Source: an uncultured Gemmatimonadales bacterium
GTDB lineage: Bacteria; Gemmatimonadota; Gemmatimonadetes; Longimicrobiales; RSA9
DNA length: 64,000 nucleotides
Direction: 5' to 3'
Assembly: GCA_963741945.1 (NCBI GenBank)
Contig: CAVUKA010000001.1
Location: 256,001-320,000, forward strand
Shown here: positions 48,180-56,639 of the stretch, one piece after another
Layout of the letters: every line of letters starts with the position of its first letter
How positions within the stretch are numbered: position 1 is the stretch's first letter
Made by a program: the position numbers and the translations under genes
The notes under the pieces: generated by a model
The model's database searches: none
The model's input: the letters and a program-made list of their open reading frames with translations, nothing else
Told to the model about the DNA's origin: nothing

Positions 48180-49958
48180 TCAGCGTGGGGCGCGGAGCCT
48201 GCGCCGGGGAGCGGGCCAGCCGGGGATGATGCGGCGATCGGCGGGGAGACACCGATCGCAGCGGCCGCATCGCCAGGGTGCCGACTCGCCGAAGTACGAC
48301 AGGATGTACTTCCTGCGGCAGCCGCTCTGGAACGCGTAACCCTGCATGCGCCGGAGCTTGTCCAGATCGTGGTGGTGCTTGCGGGCCTGACCACTCCAGT
48401 CGATGCCGCGGCCGGGGGTGTGGAACGGCTCGAGCAGGCGGAATCGTGCTCCCATGCCGCGGGGTCGCCATTCGAGGAAGCCATCGGCGGCGAGGCGATC
48501 GAGGAGGCGACGTCGATCGGCGGCGGGTAGCGCGGGGAGCAGCTCTTCGGGCGGGAGCGGACTCCAGCGGTGGCTGAGCTCGGGCTCCAGCGCCGCGCGC
48601 ACGGACTCGATCATGTCGCGGGCAGTGCGGTCGTCAGGGAGCTCGCGGGCGACGCGTGCCGGGGAGGCGATGACCCGGATCCAGGCGCCGGAGGTGGCGC
48701 TGCCCTCGCGGGCGATGGCGCCACTGGAGGACAGGAGTCGCAGCACGGCCTCGAGGCGGCGGGCACCGCCGGCGAGGCGAGCCGCCTGTCGGAAGAGGTC
48801 GCCATGGAGGAGGACCGTATCGGCGTCGCAGGGCTCGCGGCCGGCGGCGGCCGCCATGGTCAGCAGGCGCGCCACGGATTCAGTGATCTGCCGGTCCGGG
48901 TGCGCCTGTTCCAGGAGGAACTGGTTCGTGAATCGGTCGGCATAGGCGTACAGGAGCACGCAGTCGGCGTCCCTGCGGTCCCGACCCGCGCGGCCAGCCT
49001 CCTGGTAGTAATCCTCCATGGTGGAGGGGGTGTTGTAGTGCACCACGAGCCGCACATCGGGCTTGTCGATCCCCATGCCGAATGCGTTCGTCGCGGTCAC
49101 GGTCCGAAGCTCTCCGCCCATGAACGCGTCCTGCAGCCGCTCGCGCTCCGGGGCCCCGATTCCCGCGTGGTAGCCGCCCGCGGGGATGCCATGCCGATTG
49201 AGGAGATTGGTGACGGAATCGACCTGCTTCCGGGTGGTGGCGTATACGATGGCACTCCCCTCCCCACCGCCCCGCCGGCGATCGCCCAGGAGGCGAACCA
49301 GGAGGTCGTCCTTCTCGGCGTCGTTCCGGGCGGCGAGGACGTGCCAGCGCAGGTTCGGCCGGTCGAACCCCTTCGCCACGACGAGGGGTGCGCGCAGGTG
49401 AAGGTAGCGGACGATGTCGTCGCGTACCTCGGGCGTGGCGGTGGCGGTCAGGGCCATGGTCCGGCAGGCGAGGCGATCACGGATCTCCCCCAGGCGCAGG
49501 TAGCTGGGGCGGAAATCGTGCCCCCACTGGGATATGCAATGCGCTTCGTCGACGACGAAGAAGCCCACGTGGAGTCGATCGAGGCGGTCCATGAATGAGC
49601 GACTGGCGAAGCGCTCGGGGGCGATGTACAGCAGCCGGATTTCTCCCGCCTCGACGGCATCCAGGCGGCGGCGGACTTCCGGGGCCTCGAGCGTCGAGTT
49701 CACGTACGTGGCGGCGAGCCCCGCCCGCCGCATGCCGTCGACCTGGTCCTGCATGAGCGAGATGAGGGGGCTGACCACGAGGGTGGCTCCGCGGACCAGC
49801 TGTGCGGGGACCTGGAAGCACAGGCTCTTGCCCCCGCCCGTGGGCATGAGGACGAGAACGTCGCGGCCGCCGAGCGCGGCTTCCACGGCCCGGCCCTGGC
49901 CGGGGCGGAAGTCCGGGTACCCGAAGTGGCGGCGCAGGATCTCGCGGGCGGCATCCAT
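48180..49958 (-). CDS. recQ: RecQ-family ATP-dependent DNA helicase (no HRDC)
   Basis: [47 protein letters not shown]; Zn cluster CRR...CGRCDRC displaced by an insertion. Confidence 0.93.
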   Translation of the reverse strand: MDAAREILRRHFGYPDFRPGQGRAVEAALGGRDVLVLMPTGGGKSLCFQVPAQLVRGATLVVSPLISLMQDQVDGMRRAGLAATYVNSTLEAPEVRRRLDAVEAGEIRLLYIAPERFASRSFMDRLDRLHVGFFVVDEAHCISQWGHDFRPSYLRLGEIRDRLACRTMALTATATPEVRDDIVRYLHLRAPLVVAKGFDRPNLRWHVLAARNDAEKDDLLVRLLGDRRRGGGEGSAIVYATTRKQVDSVTNLLNRHGIPAGGYHAGIGAPERERLQDAFMGGELRTVTATNAFGMGIDKPDVRLVVHYNTPSTMEDYYQEAGRAGRDRRDADCVLLYAYADRFTNQFLLEQAHPDRQITESVARLLTMAAAAGREPCDADTVLLHGDLFRQAARLAGGARRLEAVLRLLSSSGAIAREGSATSGAWIRVIASPARVARELPDDRTARDMIESVRAALEPELSHRWSPLPPEELLPALPAADRRRLLDRLAADGFLEWRPRGMGARFRLLEPFHTPGRGIDWSGQARKHHHDLDKLRRMQGYAFQSGCRRKYILSYFGESAPWRCGRCDRCLPADRRIIPGWPAPRRRLRAPR

Positions 49959-50108
49959 GGGCAATGGCGGAACGTGAAGCCGGAGCCGGCGCGGCACCGT
50001 TCGGCGACGCAGCGGCCCGGTCCGGGCGTAGACTCCGAGCCGAAGATCCTGCCGGCGCCGGGGCAAGGGAATGGCGGAGCGGGACGGAGCGGGGAGCCAC
50101 CGGCAGGG

Positions 50109-50125
50109 GCGGCACCGGCCTTGCG
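50109..50125 (+). promoter_or_regulatory. sigma54 -24/-12 motif
   Basis: GCGGCACCGGCCTTGCG. Confidence 0.65.
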
Positions 50126-50176
50126 CGGCCGGAGCCGGGGACCGAGCGAACGTGAACACGACCGGAGTCACAGCGG

Positions 50177-50470
50177 ATGAGCATGATCGAGGATGTGGTG
50201 AGCGAGGAGCGGGTCTGGGACGCGGTGTCGCTGGCCACTGCGGCACTGGCCGGCATCGCCGTCCGTCGCCTGCTGGAAACGGCATGGGAGGAGTGGCGCG
50301 ACAGTGAACCGCCGAAGAACCCGGCAGCGCGCTCCGTGGACTGGGGGGATGCGGTCGCGTGGACGATCGCGTCCGGGGTGGCCGTAGGGCTGGCGCGCCT
50401 GCTGGCGCGGCGCGGTCTCGCGGAAGGCTGGCGCCTGTGGAGGGGCCACCGCCCCGAAGGGATGGCGTGA
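50177..50470 (+). CDS. Small membrane protein, DUF4235-like
   Basis: W.....A...AG...R..L..AW.....EPPKNP......W.DAVAW...SG. Confidence 0.7.
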   Translation: MSMIEDVVSEERVWDAVSLATAALAGIAVRRLLETAWEEWRDSEPPKNPAARSVDWGDAVAWTIASGVAVGLARLLARRGLAEGWRLWRGHRPEGMA

Positions 50471-50471
50471 G

Positions 50472-51602
50472 CTAGGTGCTGGAAGCCGCCGCGCGCGACG
50501 GAGGGCCGCTCATCGCCGCGTGGATCTCCTCGAGCTGCTGCGCGCGATGCTCGCAGGTGTGGCCGGCGAGGATCGTGCGACGGCCGTGCTCGCTCAGCCG
50601 CTGGCGCGCTTCGGCGTCGGACGCCAGGACGCGGATCGCCGCCCGCATCTCCGCCGGCGTTTCCACGCGAAGATAGTCCTCGCCCGCGCAGAACAGCCCT
50701 TCGGTGTCCGGCCACGGCGTCGAGATGAGTGGAATGCCGGCGGCCAGCGCCTCGAAGGGCCGGATGGTGGGGATACCCGGGAGGCGGTCCAGGTACGGGC
50801 CTCGGGGAATGTGGATGGTCATGCGTGCGCGGGAGAACGCGTCGGGCACGTGGTAGTTGGCGATCCAGCCGCGGAAGTCGATTCCGGCGTCCTCGAGCTC
50901 CGCGCGCGCTTCCTCGGGATAGCGCACCCCGTGCACGGCAAAGCGAAGCTCCGGCAAGGCGCGGGCGGAGTCGACGAGGAAGGCGCGGATCTCGGCGCTG
51001 CGCTCCTCGTCGCCCCAGTTGCCGATCCACACCACGTCGTCCGTCTTCTCGCGGTCGCGGGGGAAGAAGAGGGTGGTGTCGGCGGCCTCGTGGAACGTCC
51101 AGACCCGGTCCATGCCGTAGCGCGTGCGCCAGACGTCCGCGAGCGAGTCGCCGAACGCGAGCACACCGTCATAGTGCTGGAGGTTCAAGCTGGCCATCAC
51201 CCCCGGCGCGCTGACGGCGCGGTGGTGGGTGTCGTGAAAGAGGAGCGTGAAATCGTCGCGCCGCCGCCTCACCAGGCCGACCGCGGCCACGAGCCGGGGA
51301 TCGTTGAACTCATGGACGAGAACCAGGTCAGCGCCGCGGGTGAGCTCGTCCACCTCATCGACGATCCCCTCCCATGGCCCGTACATGCGGACGTCCAGGT
51401 CGTGGAAGACGCGGGCGAATTCCACGATCGGGCCATGGCCGTGATCCTCCATGAGGCTGTCCGTGGACCAGTTCCTCCAGCGCTCGCACGCCGTGACATC
51501 GTGCCCCCGGGCCGCCAGGGCCCGCATGAGACCACGCAGGAAATGGGCGTTCCCGTGGCTCCAGTCGCTCACGACCGAGTGGACGAAGAGGACGATCTTC
51601 AA
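50472..51602 (-). CDS. CgeB-family glycosyltransferase (GT-B)
   Basis: HSVVSDWSHGNAHFLRG, FHDTHHR, HEAADT..F.P, WIGNWGD.ER, PTIRPFEALAAG, HTCEHRA; TTG start with SD GAGGT. Confidence 0.88.
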   Translation of the reverse strand: MKIVLFVHSVVSDWSHGNAHFLRGLMRALAARGHDVTACERWRNWSTDSLMEDHGHGPIVEFARVFHDLDVRMYGPWEGIVDEVDELTRGADLVLVHEFNDPRLVAAVGLVRRRRDDFTLLFHDTHHRAVSAPGVMASLNLQHYDGVLAFGDSLADVWRTRYGMDRVWTFHEAADTTLFFPRDREKTDDVVWIGNWGDEERSAEIRAFLVDSARALPELRFAVHGVRYPEEARAELEDAGIDFRGWIANYHVPDAFSRARMTIHIPRGPYLDRLPGIPTIRPFEALAAGIPLISTPWPDTEGLFCAGEDYLRVETPAEMRAAIRVLASDAEARQRLSEHGRRTILAGHTCEHRAQQLEEIHAAMSGPPSRAAASST

Positions 51603-51645
51603 GGCACCTCGCCTGTGGTTCGTGCGTTGTCCGGGCGCCGCGACG

Positions 51646-51662
51646 TGCAGGACTCAGGCCAG
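51646..51662 (-). promoter_or_regulatory. sigma54-like -24/-12 motif
   Basis: CTGGCCTGAGTCCTGCA, 43 nt upstream of the CgeB-like gene. Confidence 0.5.
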
Positions 51663-51738
51663 CCAGAACGCCGGACGGAGGATCCGGACGCGGTATGCGT
51701 CGCCCGGGCGCCGCTCCCCGCCCGGTCCGCGCCCCCGT

Positions 51739-52413
51739 TCAGAGGGCGCCCCAGGGCGGCCTGATCGTGCGATTGACACCCAGCACACGCCCGCCGCCCG
51801 CGCGTAGCACCACCGTGCTGACGGAACCGGGGGCGACATCGAAGCGGAGGATGTGGTCGAAGGAGAGGCCCAGGAAGTGGGCGATGAGGGGACGAATCAC
51901 GTCGCAGTGGCTCACGACGACCACCGCCGGGTTCGCCCGACGGGCAGCAGCCTCATCGGTCACACCGCTCACCCCGGGAGCGTGCGTCCGGGACGGCTCC
52001 CATTCGGCATCAATGGCCCGGAGCCCGGCCAGGGCGCGCTCCACGACGTCCGCCATGCTCTCACCACCGGGCGGGCGGGCGCTCCCACGATGCTCGTTCC
52101 ATCGGCGCCAGTCCTCGCGACCCTCGAGCTCGTCGAAGCGCCCGCCCGTCCAGGCTCCGAAGTCCACTTCGTCGAAAGCAGGGTCGATGCGTACCGGGAG
52201 TCCGTGGACGGCGGCGATGGGCTCTGCGGTCTCGCGGGCCCGCTCGAGCGGGCCGGTGTGGACGGCGACGATGGGCGCGGGAGCGAGATGGAGGGCGAGG
52301 TCACCGGCCTGGCGACGCCCCTCGTCGTCGAGCCCGAACCCCGGCGCGCGTCCGGCGAGCATGCGGCCGACGTGCGCGGCGCTGGCGTGGCGGGTGAGCA
52401 GGAACCGTGTCAC
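51739..52413 (-). CDS. Histidine phosphatase family protein
   Basis: RHA, PLERARETA, EVDFG.W.G, PGGES, VSH.DVI. Confidence 0.9.
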   Translation of the reverse strand: MTRFLLTRHASAAHVGRMLAGRAPGFGLDDEGRRQAGDLALHLAPAPIVAVHTGPLERARETAEPIAAVHGLPVRIDPAFDEVDFGAWTGGRFDELEGREDWRRWNEHRGSARPPGGESMADVVERALAGLRAIDAEWEPSRTHAPGVSGVTDEAAARRANPAVVVVSHCDVIRPLIAHFLGLSFDHILRFDVAPGSVSTVVLRAGGGRVLGVNRTIRPPWGAL

Positions 52414-52427
52414 GAGGGCCTCGCCGG

Positions 52428-52443
52428 AGGAACAATCCTTGCG
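52428..52443 (+). promoter_or_regulatory. sigma54-like -24/-12 motif
   Basis: AGGAACAATCCTTGCG. Confidence 0.5.
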
Positions 52444-52508
52444 CTTTTCCAGGGCCGATCCGGACGGGCAGCCGCGCCGGTCCGTCGTTCCTTCAAGCGG
52501 GGCGCTGG

Positions 52509-53408
52509 ATGCTGACGTCGATCAAGATCTGGAACGAGCCGAACAACGCTTCCCACTGGGACATCGAGCTGGACGAGGGATGGCCGCGGTTCGCGGAGCT
52601 GCTGAAGCACGGCGTAGCAGGTGTGCGGTCGCACTCGGACCTGCCGATCGTTCTGGGAGGCATGTCTCCCATCGACCCGCGCTTTCTGCGGCGCCTGGAC
52701 GAACGGGGAGCGCTGGACGGCGTCGACGTGCTGGCGGTGCACGGCTTCCCGCTGGACTGGAACCTGTGGCCGCTCGAGGAATGGCCCGCCCAGATCGAGC
52801 GCGTGCGGCGGGAGTTCGGGCGCCCCGTATGGGTCACCGAGACGGGCGTGTCTTCCTTCGCCAGTGGCGAGAAAGCCGCGTGGGGGATGCGTCGGATGAA
52901 GGAAGTACTGTCGGGCGAGCGCGTCTACTGGTACACCCTGCTGGACCTCGAGCCGGCGATCGAAGCGACGACGCGCCACAAGCAGGCGGAGGGAAGCGGC
53001 TACTTCCGGCATTTCCATTTCGGTCTTCTGACGCATGACGGCAGGCCGAAGCCGGCGCTCCCGGAATACGATCCGACACTGGGGATCTGCCAGTGGTTCC
53101 AGTACCGGGACGAGCGCTCGCTGGAGCTGGCGGTGGAATGGCTGCATCGGCTCGGCGTCCAGCACGTGCGGACGGGACTGAGCTGGGCGGAGAGCCATAT
53201 GGAGGAAGGGTGGGCGTGGTTGGACACCGTGATGTCGGCGCTCGAGCCGTTCGACGTCTGCGCCACCCTCTGCTTCACGCCGCCGAGCATCGGTGTGCGG
53301 CCGCACCACACCAGCCCGCCCCGCGAGGCGTCGGCGTTCGGCGATTTCGCGGCCAGGGTGGCGCAGCGGTACGCGCCGGAAGCGGTTGCCCAGGTCGTCA
53401 TCCCGTGA
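52509..53408 (+). CDS. Clan GH-A glycoside hydrolase (GH39/GH5-like), circularly permuted, cytoplasmic
   Basis: IWNEPN (acid/base) at the extreme N-terminus, VWVTETG (nucleophile), FGLL..DGRPKPA; barrel strands 1-3 sit at the C-terminus. Confidence 0.85.
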   Translation: MLTSIKIWNEPNNASHWDIELDEGWPRFAELLKHGVAGVRSHSDLPIVLGGMSPIDPRFLRRLDERGALDGVDVLAVHGFPLDWNLWPLEEWPAQIERVRREFGRPVWVTETGVSSFASGEKAAWGMRRMKEVLSGERVYWYTLLDLEPAIEATTRHKQAEGSGYFRHFHFGLLTHDGRPKPALPEYDPTLGICQWFQYRDERSLELAVEWLHRLGVQHVRTGLSWAESHMEEGWAWLDTVMSALEPFDVCATLCFTPPSIGVRPHHTSPPREASAFGDFAARVAQRYAPEAVAQVVIP

Positions 53409-53720
53409 GCGCCGCCGTGCGCGCGTCGTAGGCGCTGCGGGTGGCCTCGATGCGCTGGTCCACCTCGTCGGCGTAGACGCCGGCTACCATGCGCTGGGCG
53501 AGTCGCACGCCCAGCCGGCGATCCTCGAGGCGGGCGGCGTCCTCGTCGTCGCCCCGATCGACCGCCGCGGCGGCCTCCATCTCGAGAGCGAACGCCAGGC
53601 GATCCAGCCCCGTGAACAGCTCGCCGCGGAGCCGCTCCGCCCCTTCCCCGGTCCCTTCCCCGCCGCATCGTCGGCGCCGTCCGGGCCCGCGGCTTCGCCC
53701 GCATGCTGCTCTTCCGCCAT
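53398..53720 (-). pseudogene. Small acidic helical protein split by an apparent 1-nt deletion (real lesion or sequencing error)
   Basis: SD AGGAGGT + ATG 53720 (MAEEQHAGEAAGPDGADDAA) continues as GEGAERLRGELFTGLDRLAF only after a -1 shift in the G runs at 53641-53662. Confidence 0.6.
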
Positions 53721-53732
53721 TCCATACCTCCT

Positions 53733-54434
53733 TCAATCCGTCCGGATCAGCTTGAGTCCCACAGACGTGTACGGATACCCGTGATAGTCGCGCATGCGCG
53801 GCTTCACGGCTTCCCAGTCCACATCCAGGTCCAGCTCGCCTGCCAGCCGCCAGCCGGGGGCATCCAGGATCAGGCGACGGAGGCGTTCTTCATCGAACAC
53901 CCGCCACTCCACCCTGAACTCCAGCCCGGGGCTGCGGTGCCAGATCTCGGCGTCGGCGTCGTCGTAGAAATCGGTGGTGAGGAGCAGCGGCGCCCCCGGT
54001 CGGACGACGCGCCGCAACTCGGCGAGCGCTTTCCGTACCTCCGGCTCCGGCAGGTGCTCGATCACCGAGATGCAGAACACCGCGTCGAACGCCGCATCGG
54101 GCAGAGGCAGCCGGGTCATGTCGGAGCGGACGTACTCCACCTCCACGCCATGTCGCTCCCCGAGGCTGCCGTCCATGTGCAGGTCGATGGCCGTCACCCG
54201 GTGGCCCTGCCGCGCGAGGTATACGGGAAAGATGGAATCGCCGGCGCCCACGTCGAGGACGCGCGACGCCGGCTGCAGGGCCGCGCGCTCCAGCGCCCAG
54301 GGGTACTCCCAGCGCTTTCCCGGGTGCAGGTAGGAGACCGGATCGGCCGCCACCAGAGCATCCATCTCCTCGAGGACGGCGCGGAAGTCGTCGCGTCGGA
54401 GCTCGTCGAGATCCAGCAGGCGATTGGTGGTCAT
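53733..54434 (-). CDS. Class I SAM-dependent methyltransferase
   Basis: KRWEYPW, VLDVGAG, TAID, DMTRLPLPDAAFDAVFCISVIEH, LRRVVRPG. Confidence 0.9.
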   Translation of the reverse strand: MTTNRLLDLDELRRDDFRAVLEEMDALVAADPVSYLHPGKRWEYPWALERAALQPASRVLDVGAGDSIFPVYLARQGHRVTAIDLHMDGSLGERHGVEVEYVRSDMTRLPLPDAAFDAVFCISVIEHLPEPEVRKALAELRRVVRPGAPLLLTTDFYDDADAEIWHRSPGLEFRVEWRVFDEERLRRLILDAPGWRLAGELDLDVDWEAVKPRMRDYHGYPYTSVGLKLIRTD

Positions 54435-54504
54435 GATCCCGGGTGCGCCTTGCAGCGGGGAGCGGCTTCGGGCCGGCGAGGGCTGCTTCGAGGACACGGG
54501 CGAG

Positions 54505-54576
54505 TGCAAGAGGCGCGCCGGCCACGGGCCGGCGCCCGCCCGACCGCCGTGCGCAGGTGCCGGCACTCCGGTTGCG
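54505..54576. promoter_or_regulatory. Back-to-back divergent sigma54 -24/-12 motifs
   Basis: Minus 54505-54521 CCGGCGCGCCTCTTGCA; plus 54560-54576 CCGGCACTCCGGTTGCG. Confidence 0.65.
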
Positions 54577-54646
54577 GTACGGAGGATGGTAACCACGAGA
54601 TGGGAGGTGTTTCATCGAAACGGAAGCGACGGTCCGGGGGCGGGGG

Positions 54647-55255
54647 GTGTTGAAGACGCGGTCGGCGGGGCCGCCAAAGACGCTCTACCTGGTGCGGCAC
54701 GCCGTCACGGCGGCGAACCTGGCGGGGCGCAGGCTGGGCACGCTGGATGAGCCGCTCGGCCCCGACGGACGCCGGCAGGCGCGCGATCTCGGGCGCCGGC
54801 TCCGGCATCTGCGGGTGGACGCGCTGTGGAGCAGCCCGCTCGCGCGGGCGCTCGAAACGGCGCGGATCCTTGCGCCCACGCTCGGCTGCGAAGTCCGGGT
54901 GGAGCCGGACCTCCGGGAAATGGCCCTTGGGCCGTGGGAAGGTCTCGATGATGAGCAGATCGCGGAGCAGTACCCGCTGGAGCACGCGCGCTGGCAATCC
55001 GATCCGGCGGGGCTGGACATGCCCGGCCACGAGGGTCTGGCGGCCACGCAGCGACGCGTGGTGCGGGCGCTCGATCGGGTGATGGAGGAAGCGAATCGGG
55101 TGTTGTGCGTGACGCACCTGGCCGCGATCCGGCTGGCCTGGGCCCATTACGAAGGGCGTGACCTGAACAGCTACGCCAGCATCACCCCCGACCACTGCTC
55201 TCTGATGGTGCTGGAGCGGGACGGCGACGGGACAGCCTGGCGCCGCGTGGCGTGA
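54647..55255 (+). CDS. Histidine phosphatase family protein
   Basis: LYLVRHA, SSPLARALETA, LREMALG.WEG, VTH. Confidence 0.9.
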   Translation: MLKTRSAGPPKTLYLVRHAVTAANLAGRRLGTLDEPLGPDGRRQARDLGRRLRHLRVDALWSSPLARALETARILAPTLGCEVRVEPDLREMALGPWEGLDDEQIAEQYPLEHARWQSDPAGLDMPGHEGLAATQRRVVRALDRVMEEANRVLCVTHLAAIRLAWAHYEGRDLNSYASITPDHCSLMVLERDGDGTAWRRVA

Positions 55256-55275
55256 AGCGAGGAGGCGAAGCGGCC

Positions 55276-55635
55276 ATGGAGAAGCGGATCTGTGTGGACC
55301 TGAACGGCGTGCTGGACACGTACCACGGGTGGCAGGGCGAAGTGACGTGGCACTCCCCTCGTCCCGGTGCCGCGGAGTTTCTCGAGGCGCTCGCCGCCCG
55401 TGGGCACGAGGTCGTGATCCTGACGACCCGGGACCCGGATACCGCCCGGGCGTGGCTGGCCCGTCACGGGCTGGCCCGGCACGTGTCGCTGGTGACCGAT
55501 CGAAAGCTGCCGGCGCTGGCCTACGTGGACGATCGCGCGGTCCCCTTCCGGGGTGACTTCCGCGAGACGCTCGCCACGCTGGAGCGTTTCCGTCCGCACT
55601 GGTGGGACGGAGGAGAGGCGGTGGGATCGGGATGA
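55276..55635 (+). CDS. Small capless HAD-superfamily protein (DxN variant)
   Basis: Motif I VDLNGV, II LTTR, III RKL, IV YVDDRA; SD GGAGG. Confidence 0.8.
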   Translation: MEKRICVDLNGVLDTYHGWQGEVTWHSPRPGAAEFLEALAARGHEVVILTTRDPDTARAWLARHGLARHVSLVTDRKLPALAYVDDRAVPFRGDFRETLATLERFRPHWWDGGEAVGSG

Positions 55636-56639
55636 GGGGGCGCCGTCCGGCTTCCGCGGAAGTGCACGAGGCCGCGGGCGTGGTCCTGGATCACATCGGA
55701 GAAGCGGCGGATGGCCCGGCCGACTACCACGTGATCCGGCGGGACCGCCACAGCAACAGCGTGGACGAAGTCCATCTGGGCGATGGCCGGATCCTCGTGA
55801 TCAAGCGTGCCAGGGATCCGATGAACATGTACCGCTTCCGTGCATCCCGCCTGGCCGCACAGCTGCTGGCCGATGTGCCGGGGCTGCGCACACCCCGCTA
55901 TGTCCCCACGCCCGACGAGCTGACGCATGAGGCCGTGCTCGTGTACTGGTGGGTGTCCGGCCCGACCCTGCACGAGCTGTGGCCGGAGGTCGCGGAATCG
56001 GAGCGAGGCCGGGTGGTCGAGAGCTGGGGGCGGCTGATGCGTCGCATGCAGACCGTGGCGCTGCCCGGTCACGGCCCGATCGTGGAAGCGGCGCAGTCGG
56101 ACACCACGCTGGAGCGCTACATGACGCGCGACCTGCGCGAGCGCCTGCGTCCCGCCGTAGCGGAGAAATGGCCGCACGGAGTGGAATCCGTGGACCGCCT
56201 GCTGGAGGCGGTGGGGGCGCTGGGCCGGGCCACGGACGGGCGGCCTCCCGTCCTCGTCCACAACGACCTCTTCGACCAGAACGTGATCTGCCGGAACGAT
56301 CCGGTGATCGAGTGCGTGGGGGCCATCGACTTCGAGGACGCGTTCGCCGGTCCCCCCGAAGCGGAGCTGGCGAAGACCGAGATCCTGCACGGTCCGCTGT
56401 TCGGCCAGCCGTGGGAGTGGGACTGGCTCCCGCACCTGGTGGCCGGCTGGGGGCGCACACCTGATGCTCTCGTCGTCTCGTTCTTCCGCGCGTACCAGCT
56501 GGTGAACATGGGCTTCCACGCGGCGCTCACCGGTCTCGACCACCACGCAGCGGCGGTGGCGTCCACCGCAGCGGCCGAGAGCAGGAGCCTGGGATCCGGG
56601 CTCAGCCACCGGGAGGTCCACCAGCGGGCGTCCGGGTGA
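55632..56639 (+). CDS. Aminoglycoside-phosphotransferase/choline-kinase-fold kinase
   Basis: LVIK, LVHNDLFDQNV, AIDFEDA; ATGA-coupled. Confidence 0.85.
   Translation: MRGRRPASAEVHEAAGVVLDHIGEAADGPADYHVIRRDRHSNSVDEVHLGDGRILVIKRARDPMNMYRFRASRLAAQLLADVPGLRTPRYVPTPDELTHEAVLVYWWVSGPTLHELWPEVAESERGRVVESWGRLMRRMQTVALPGHGPIVEAAQSDTTLERYMTRDLRERLRPAVAEKWPHGVESVDRLLEAVGALGRATDGRPPVLVHNDLFDQNVICRNDPVIECVGAIDFEDAFAGPPEAELAKTEILHGPLFGQPWEWDWLPHLVAGWGRTPDALVVSFFRAYQLVNMGFHAALTGLDHHAAAVASTAAAESRSLGSGLSHREVHQRASG

Noticed and set aside
52414-52508. sigma54 motif for the minus-strand histidine phosphatase (51739-52413)
   Set aside because: No convincing GG-N10-GC with TGC found on the minus strand. This is the one unit of seven without the motif.
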